Assembly: GCA_048941285.1 (NCBI GenBank)
Contig: JBHLNS010000009.1
Coordinates: 1 to 64,000 of the forward strand
Reading direction: 5' to 3'
DNA length: 64,000 nt
Origin: Promethearchaeota archaeon
GTDB taxonomy: Archaea > Asgardarchaeota > Lokiarchaeia > Sigyniarchaeales > SOKP01
The notes under the pieces were generated by a model. The model did no database searches, was not told the origin of the DNA, and was given only the letters and a program-made list of their open reading frames with translations. This document shows positions 58,087-64,000 of the stretch, piece by piece. Position 1 is the first letter of the stretch. Every line of letters begins with the position of its first letter. Position numbers and translations under genes: made by a program.

Positions 58087-58620
58087 CTATTTTTTCTTTT
58101 TAATGAAGGCAATATCACCAAGAGAAGTCCCGGTTGATTTTTTCATGAATTTATCATTTTGGATTTTTGCTTCAATCTCATCAGCTTTTTTTAGAATTTT
58201 GATGTTATAAATATCTTCTATTTTTTTAGCTAATTTTATTGTAGGTTCTACTTTTCCTGTTTCAATTCTTCTTAGTAAGGAAGGTTTTTCATTCAGTTTT
58301 TGAGCAAATTGATCTTGGTTCAATCCAAGTGAATTTCTCTTATTTCTTATTCTTTTAGCGTAATCGGGAATTAATTCTAATTCATCAATTAAATCTTTTT
58401 TGATAATTTGACGTTTTATTGAATTTTTTTTATTATATGTATGGGTTTTTTCAATTTGGGGTTTTTTGGATGGTTCTTGGATTTTCTTACCATGCTGAGC
58501 ACAATTATGGCAAACCGTTATTTTAGCTCCTTCTAATAACACTTTTTGGCCCTTTCCCCAAATAATACTGCCACAAATAGGGCATTCCTTATCAATTTCA
58601 TTATATCGTGATTTAGGCAT
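58087..58620 (-). CDS. mbf1: Archaeal multiprotein bridging factor aMBF1
   Basis: CPICG..EGAKITVCHNC Zn ribbon, HTH, C-terminal TSLGDI; divergent from pan. Confidence 0.92.
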   Translation of the reverse strand: MPKSRYNEIDKECPICGSIIWGKGQKVLLEGAKITVCHNCAQHGKKIQEPSKKPQIEKTHTYNKKNSIKRQIIKKDLIDELELIPDYAKRIRNKRNSLGLNQDQFAQKLNEKPSLLRRIETGKVEPTIKLAKKIEDIYNIKILKKADEIEAKIQNDKFMKKSTGTSLGDIAFIKKKK

Positions 58621-58864
58621 AATGAATTATTGAGTATAAATTATTGAAAGAAAGATTCTATATATATAGAATTTGTTTAAATATTCTTATAATTTACGTT
58701 TTACAGTCATTATATTTTATAATGTATAAATTTTTTAAAAATCGACATTTTTAAGAAATATTATAGAACTAGCCTTAAATTTAAATGATTAAAAGTTTAT
58801 TATTAAATTAAATCAGTTTCTTAAAAAAGTAAATTAAAGTTAGAAAAGAAGGGGTATACTTTTT

Positions 58865-60073
58865 TTGACAACGACTAAAGAAAAGCGAAAAAAAGAAGAA
58901 ACAAAAGATGGAGAATATCTTATAACCTATACCAGACACTTAGAGAAGCGACTTAGAAACTTGGAGACCGAAAAACAGTTATTAGATGCAGAACGTCTAA
59001 GATTGGAACAGGAGTTACATAGTTTAAGAAATGAAATTGACAGACTGAGAGAACCTCCATTAGTCTCCGCCACCATCATTGACTTTTTGGATGAAAAAGG
59101 CAGAGCTATTGTAAAAAGCTCAACAGGGCCCAGTTTTGTTGTTAATACTAGTCGAAAAGTTAAAAATGAAAAGTTAGATCCGGGAACTAGGGTTGCATTA
59201 AATCAAAGAACTTTTGCAATTATGGAAGTTTTACCGACTAAATTGGATCCTTTTGTAAAAGGTATGGAAGTAATTGATTCTATTCCAGATATTTCTTATG
59301 CTGATGTCGGAGGTTTAGAAGACCAAATGCAAGAAGTAAGAGAAACTGTAGAATTACCTTTGAAAAAGCCAGAACTGTTTAAAAGAATTGGAATTGAACC
59401 TCCCAAAGGGGTATTATTATTCGGCGCACCTGGAACTGGGAAAACACTATTAGCGAAAGCCGTTGCCCATGAGACTGAAGCAACTTTTATAAGAATTATT
59501 GGCTCTGAATTGGTGCAAAAATTCATAGGTGAAGGTGCTCGGTTAGTTAGAGAAATTTTTAATTTAGCAAAGGAAAAAGCCCCTACTATCTTATTTATTG
59601 ATGAATTAGATGCTATTGGATCTCAAAGACTTAAAATAGCAACTTCGGGAGACAGAGAAGTTCAAAGAACTCTTATGCAATTATTAAGTGAATTAGATGG
59701 ATTTGAACAAAGAGGAGATGTAAAAATTATTGGTGCTACGAATAGAGTAGATATTTTAGATCCGGCGTTATTGAGACCTGGAAGATTTGATCGTATGATA
59801 GAATTTCCCATTCCTGATGAGGAAGCTCGAGAAGCGATATTTAAAATACATACAAGAAATCTGAATATCGAAGAAACTATAGAATTTAAAAGATTAGTAA
59901 GTCTTACAGAAGGAGCAACTGGAGCTGATATCAAAGCAATATGCACAGAAGCAGGAATGTTTGCAATTCGTAAAGATGCAGATATGATTATTAATAAAGA
60001 TTTTTTTGATGCTGTAGATAAGGTAATGAATAAAGTAAAAGATCAATTTTTTGAATCCCGACTTTACTCATAA
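58865..60073 (+). CDS. pan: Proteasome-activating nucleotidase
   Basis: N-terminal coiled coil plus OB (KSSTGP), GAPGTGKT, ELVQKFIGEG, DREVQRT, LRPGRFDR, C-terminal HbYX (LYS). Confidence 0.96.
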   Translation: MTTTKEKRKKEETKDGEYLITYTRHLEKRLRNLETEKQLLDAERLRLEQELHSLRNEIDRLREPPLVSATIIDFLDEKGRAIVKSSTGPSFVVNTSRKVKNEKLDPGTRVALNQRTFAIMEVLPTKLDPFVKGMEVIDSIPDISYADVGGLEDQMQEVRETVELPLKKPELFKRIGIEPPKGVLLFGAPGTGKTLLAKAVAHETEATFIRIIGSELVQKFIGEGARLVREIFNLAKEKAPTILFIDELDAIGSQRLKIATSGDREVQRTLMQLLSELDGFEQRGDVKIIGATNRVDILDPALLRPGRFDRMIEFPIPDEEAREAIFKIHTRNLNIEETIEFKRLVSLTEGATGADIKAICTEAGMFAIRKDADMIINKDFFDAVDKVMNKVKDQFFESRLYS

Positions 60074-60128
60074 TTTATTTATAGTCCACTTGCTTTTCTT
60101 AATTTAACTAATTATTAATCATTGATCT

Positions 60129-60620
60129 ATGGAAAGTAACTTTTTACTAGGTTTAAGACAAATTAAGGGAATCTCAGATTACCAATTTGGGAAAGATATT
60201 ACGGATATTCTTTTTGATGATATAGATCACATAGACTTTAAAAGATCATCAAATACAAAAAAAATAAGATATGTCTTCTATAACAGTAATTTACTACTTA
60301 TATTAAGGCCTAATAATGGATTTTTTACTTTAACTCTTTTCTCAGCTAATAAAATATTGAAGAAGACTAAAATTCCAAAATTAAGAGTTATTGTATTGAA
60401 TGAAATCTCAGAGTTTATAAAAAAAGGAAGAAATGTTTTTTGTAAACATGTTGTAGATATTGATGGTGATTTACGACCATTAGATGAAGTAATAGTAGTA
60501 AATCAAAATGATGAATTGTTAGGGATCGGTAAATTAAAAGTTCCGGTTTCATATGTAAAAGACTTTAATGTGGGGATTGCAGTAAACATTAGAAAAGGAT
60601 TTTATAAGTCAAACATTTAA
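60129..60620 (+). CDS. PUA-domain protein (archaeosine TGT C-terminal-like)
   Basis: DYQFG, GRNVFCKHV, LRPLDEVIVV, AVNIRKG. Confidence 0.85.
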   Translation: MESNFLLGLRQIKGISDYQFGKDITDILFDDIDHIDFKRSSNTKKIRYVFYNSNLLLILRPNNGFFTLTLFSANKILKKTKIPKLRVIVLNEISEFIKKGRNVFCKHVVDIDGDLRPLDEVIVVNQNDELLGIGKLKVPVSYVKDFNVGIAVNIRKGFYKSNI

Positions 60621-60672
60621 ATCTCGAATTATTATATATATCACGTTATAAACCAATTTAAAGTGAAAGGAA

Positions 60673-61152
60673 TTGGTAAAATTACCAAAAGAAATGCAAA
60701 AGAAGGAAAAAAGTAAACCTAAACGGCCCCAACCAGTTGTAAAGCGAGAAGGTCAGCAATATGGGTCAAGACAAATGCGAAGAAGAATGGCACAGCAAGG
60801 TATAGATATGGAACAAGTTGATGCGACAAGAGTTATTATAGAGGGTCCAGAAAAGACAACAATCATTGAACAACCTGAAGTTTTTCTTATGAAACAAGCA
60901 GGTCAAGAAATTTATCAAGTTATTGGACAAAGTGAAGAAGTTTCTCCTGAAGAATTGATAATCGAAAATGCAGATACTAGTGGAGGCCTTGAAGCTTTAG
61001 AAGAATCTGAAATTAAACCAACTATAACAGAAAATGATATAATGCTAGTTGCTACGCAGGCAAATGTAGAAAAGCAAGAAGCAGAGGCGATTTTAAGAAA
61101 ATTTGATGGAGATATTGCTAAAGCGATTTTATATCTTAAAAACAGACCTTAA
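60673..61152 (+). CDS. nac: Nascent polypeptide-associated complex protein
   Basis: RQMRRRMAQQGIDM, IIEQPEV, YQVIG; UBA-like DIMLVATQAN..GDIAKAIL. Confidence 0.92.
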   Translation: MVKLPKEMQKKEKSKPKRPQPVVKREGQQYGSRQMRRRMAQQGIDMEQVDATRVIIEGPEKTTIIEQPEVFLMKQAGQEIYQVIGQSEEVSPEELIIENADTSGGLEALEESEIKPTITENDIMLVATQANVEKQEAEAILRKFDGDIAKAILYLKNRP

Positions 61153-61231
61153 TGGGAAAAAATAAATTAAATCATAAAGATTAAGAATTATAAAATTTTT
61201 AATATTCAAAAAGCATACATATTATTTTTAA

Positions 61232-61585
61232 ATGTCAAAAATTAAGAAAAAACCAGTCATTAGCCCTTCTAAAGTTTCAGAATTAGATATGAATTTTAAA
61301 AAAATTCTTCAGTTTTCAGGTTGGTTTTTTTTATTGGGTCTTCTGGGATTTTTGGGTGGCTGGTTAGTCTTAGATAATATTTTGGATATTATTAATTTAA
61401 ATTTAGATGTTGTAGAATTCTCGATAATAATTTTTACTGGCACAAACTCAGCAATCAGTTTTGCTTTAGCTTCTAAGATAAAAAATAATCTAGAGAAGAA
61501 AAGACAATATTTTCTAGATTGGTTATTAGCAGAATTTTTGTTTTGTATGCTCGCAATTTTTACAATTGCCGCATATCAATGGTAA
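61232..61585 (+). CDS. Hypothetical three-TM membrane protein
   Basis: Three hydrophobic segments. Confidence 0.7.
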   Translation: MSKIKKKPVISPSKVSELDMNFKKILQFSGWFFLLGLLGFLGGWLVLDNILDIINLNLDVVEFSIIIFTGTNSAISFALASKIKNNLEKKRQYFLDWLLAEFLFCMLAIFTIAAYQW

Positions 61586-61622
61586 TATTTTCTTATTTTT
61601 AAAAAATAAAAAAAAATTCATA

Positions 61623-61952
61623 TTATTTATAATCTTCTCTAGAAGGATGAAAAACTTCAATAATTTCAGCTTTTTCAATTATAAAAGCTCCATGTTTTTC
61701 ATTAGAGTCAAAAACATAGCTATCTCCTGTTTTAGCAATAAAATCCCCATTATCTGTTAAGAATTTGATTTTACCATAAATTACATAACCAATTTGGTAT
61801 TCTTGATGTCTATGTTTCGGAATTTTAGCATCTTTTTCAAGTAAAAAATGACATAACATAACGGAATTATTATAAGTTAAGGTTTTCCGAAAAACTCCTT
61901 CAAGAGCTTTTATTGGCTTAATATTGTCTTTATTTGTAGTTCTATTCGACAT
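61623..61952 (-). CDS. Cupin-domain protein
   Basis: PKHRHQEYQIGYVIYG, GDSY...HGA, EVFHPSREDY. Confidence 0.88.
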   Translation of the reverse strand: MSNRTTNKDNIKPIKALEGVFRKTLTYNNSVMLCHFLLEKDAKIPKHRHQEYQIGYVIYGKIKFLTDNGDFIAKTGDSYVFDSNEKHGAFIIEKAEIIEVFHPSREDYK

Positions 61953-62375
61953 AGTAATCAGTACGAATTTGAATTTGACGATCTTTTTTGTTTAAATATA
62001 TCTATAATTAATTCTTATAAAGGTTTTACAGATAAATTAAAGATACATCTATGATGTCTTCGACATTATTTTATATTAAACGTAATTTAAGATTGAATAA
62101 ATTAGAAATTGAGAAGAGTCCAAAGGATTAAGAATTTTTTCGTAATTTTAATAGGCAGCTTTCAAAAGATCAAATAAAGTATTAATAAATTAAGTTTAAA
62201 TTGGAAAAACAAATAAATTTTTATATCAAAAGAGGTAAAATATTAACGATAATAAACAGTTAATAATTCTCTTATTTCAGTTCATATTACCGACAAAATT
62301 TGTAAATTAAAATAGTATATTATTTCACTACATAATAAATGTATATATAAGAATCAAAAAAAGGTATGAGATCAA

Positions 62376-64000
62376 TTGGTATTAGTATCAGATTCAGAGG
62401 CCATAAAAGAAAAAAAGAATGAAAAAATAAATCGCAAATATTTGACAAAATTACTGCCACAAGTCTTTCGAACTGAGGGTGATGTAGTATCATTCGACCC
62501 TTTAAAAATTGAACAGAGTATTATATATGAAACAGGGTTGGATCAAAAATACGCTGATAAAATTACGGAATTAGTTGTAAGAAGAATAATATCTTCTGGT
62601 ATTCGTTTTTTATCTGGTCCTCATATTAGAGAGATTGTTTGTTCAATATTGTCAGAACAACATTTTGAAGATGAGCGTAAATTATATACAAGAATAGGAA
62701 TGCCATTAATGGATTATGAGGCAATTTTGGAATATGGAGTAGATGAAAATGCAAATCAAGATATGAATCCTGAGAGTATTCATCATTGGGCGGCAAATAG
62801 AATATCAGATGAATATGCGTTATTAAGGATTCTAGATTCTGAAGAAGCTCATGCTCACTTATATGGAGATATTCATGTTCACATGTTGCGATATTTCGAT
62901 TTAAGACCTTTCTGTCAAGAATGGGACCCGCGAATGATTCTTGAACATGGGCTCCCTCCAGTAGAAAGTTGGGCGCATTGTAGTAAATCAGGTCCGGCTG
63001 GAAGTTTACGTGTTGCAGTAACTCATCTCGCAAAATGGCTAGGGATAATTCAAGGTGAATTCAGTGGAGGTCAAGGATATGATTATATTACAACATTTTT
63101 AGCTCCTTATGCTCGTAATTTAAATGATAGAGAAATTGAACAGTCAATGCAATGCCTAATTTTTGAAACAAATCAAATATTCGCAGCAAGAGGAGGACAA
63201 GTACCATTTACTTCAATTTCTTGTACTCCTACAGTCCCTGATGGCTTATTAAATATCCCTGCTGTTGGACCTCATGGAAAAATAGTAGGTAAATATGGCG
63301 ATTATAAAGATGAATGTCTTAAACTCTTTGATGCTTTAACTGATGTGTATATTCAAGGGGATCATAATGGAAAGCTTTTCGCCTTTCCAAAGCATGAGAT
63401 TAAAATTAAAAAAGAATGGTTGCAGGAATTTGAACCTTCTTACTTAAAAATAATGGAGGAAGTAGCAAAAATGGGAACTCCCTACTTCCTTAATATGTGC
63501 CCTGATTGGATGCCAGATGAAATTCATAGTCAATGCTGTAGGAAATTTTTAAGTGGAAATCAAATCATTGAACAATGTATTCTTGATCCAGAGAAGAGAA
63601 AAAATGCAAATGTATGGGAAAATTATGTTACCATTGGTTCATTGCAGAGTGTTAGTTTAAATCTTCCCAGGTATGCATATTTATCTAAAAATGAAGATGA
63701 CTATTTCAGAATATTAGATGTTAAGATGGAACTTACAGCTCGAATTCTGCAAAAAAAATGGAGGTTAATGGAAAAGAGATTAAAAACTAGGCATTTACCT
63801 CTATGTAGTGGTATGATAAACGATAAACCCATTTTTAGTATAAAAGACCAGAATCTCTCGATTGGATTCACTGGGTTAAATGAAGCTGTAAAAAGTATTA
63901 CTGGATATGAATTACATGAAAATAATACTGCGTACGATTTTGGAAAAAAGATATTAAATTACATGGTCGCAAAGTGTAATACTATGACAGAAAGGGATCA
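62376..64000 (+). CDS. nrdD: Anaerobic ribonucleoside-triphosphate reductase with N-terminal ATP cone (runs off the window end)
   Basis: Manual translation from TTG 62376: ATP cone (VFRTEGDVVSFDP..SGPHIREIV), ENAN, AHLYGDIHVH, RPFC, FSGGQG, RGGQVPF, SLNLPR. Confidence 0.92.
   Translation, partial: MVLVSDSEAIKEKKNEKINRKYLTKLLPQVFRTEGDVVSFDPLKIEQSIIYETGLDQKYADKITELVVRRIISSGIRFLSGPHIREIVCSILSEQHFEDERKLYTRIGMPLMDYEAILEYGVDENANQDMNPESIHHWAANRISDEYALLRILDSEEAHAHLYGDIHVHMLRYFDLRPFCQEWDPRMILEHGLPPVESWAHCSKSGPAGSLRVAVTHLAKWLGIIQGEFSGGQGYDYITTFLAPYARNLNDREIEQSMQCLIFETNQIFAARGGQVPFTSISCTPTVPDGLLNIPAVGPHGKIVGKYGDYKDECLKLFDALTDVYIQGDHNGKLFAFPKHEIKIKKEWLQEFEPSYLKIMEEVAKMGTPYFLNMCPDWMPDEIHSQCCRKFLSGNQIIEQCILDPEKRKNANVWENYVTIGSLQSVSLNLPRYAYLSKNEDDYFRILDVKMELTARILQKKWRLMEKRLKTRHLPLCSGMINDKPIFSIKDQNLSIGFTGLNEAVKSITGYELHENNTAYDFGKKILNYMVAKCNTMTERD

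Noticed and set aside
445-63033. Numerous short antisense ORFs in the track (e.g. 445-954, 4008-4307, 8498-8851, 23577-24011, 52541-52804, 59296-59526, 62626-63033)
   Set aside because: They overlap well-supported genes on the opposite strand and have no motifs of their own.

Overview
AT-rich archaeal chromosomal segment, most consistent with an Asgard (Lokiarchaeia-like) genome. Core archaeal information genes (nop5, fibrillarin, rnhB, pelota, elf1, rtcB/archease, carS, cdc6, PolD DP1/DP2, cbf5, rpo5/rpo2, tfe, mbf1, pan, nac, partial nrdD) are mixed with eukaryote-like proteins (longin-wHTH, roadblock-Rab-like GTPase, polyproline/VASP-like, LITAF-like, MAGE/KITE-like). Main finding: rnhB appears to be interrupted inside its catalytic DEAGR|GS motif by a 30-nt, stop-containing bulge-helix-bulge (BHB) intron (3578-3607), i.e. 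a candidate tRNA-type intron in an mRNA. All three tRNA genes (Leu-GAG with three introns, Thr-CGT, Lys-TTT) carry 28-30-nt introns at non-canonical positions, two of them 27/30 identical, which suggests a mobile BHB intron family. Other highlights are an unannotated 50-aa WH2-motif microprotein, a BAR-like/VASP-like gene pair, an 8-gene operon with a motif-degenerate SMC-like protein plus a KITE-like protein and an AAA ATPase, and a ~240-nt candidate structured RNA. No CRISPR array, transposase or rRNA was seen. All calls are from reading the sequence by eye; no database searches or folding programs were run.
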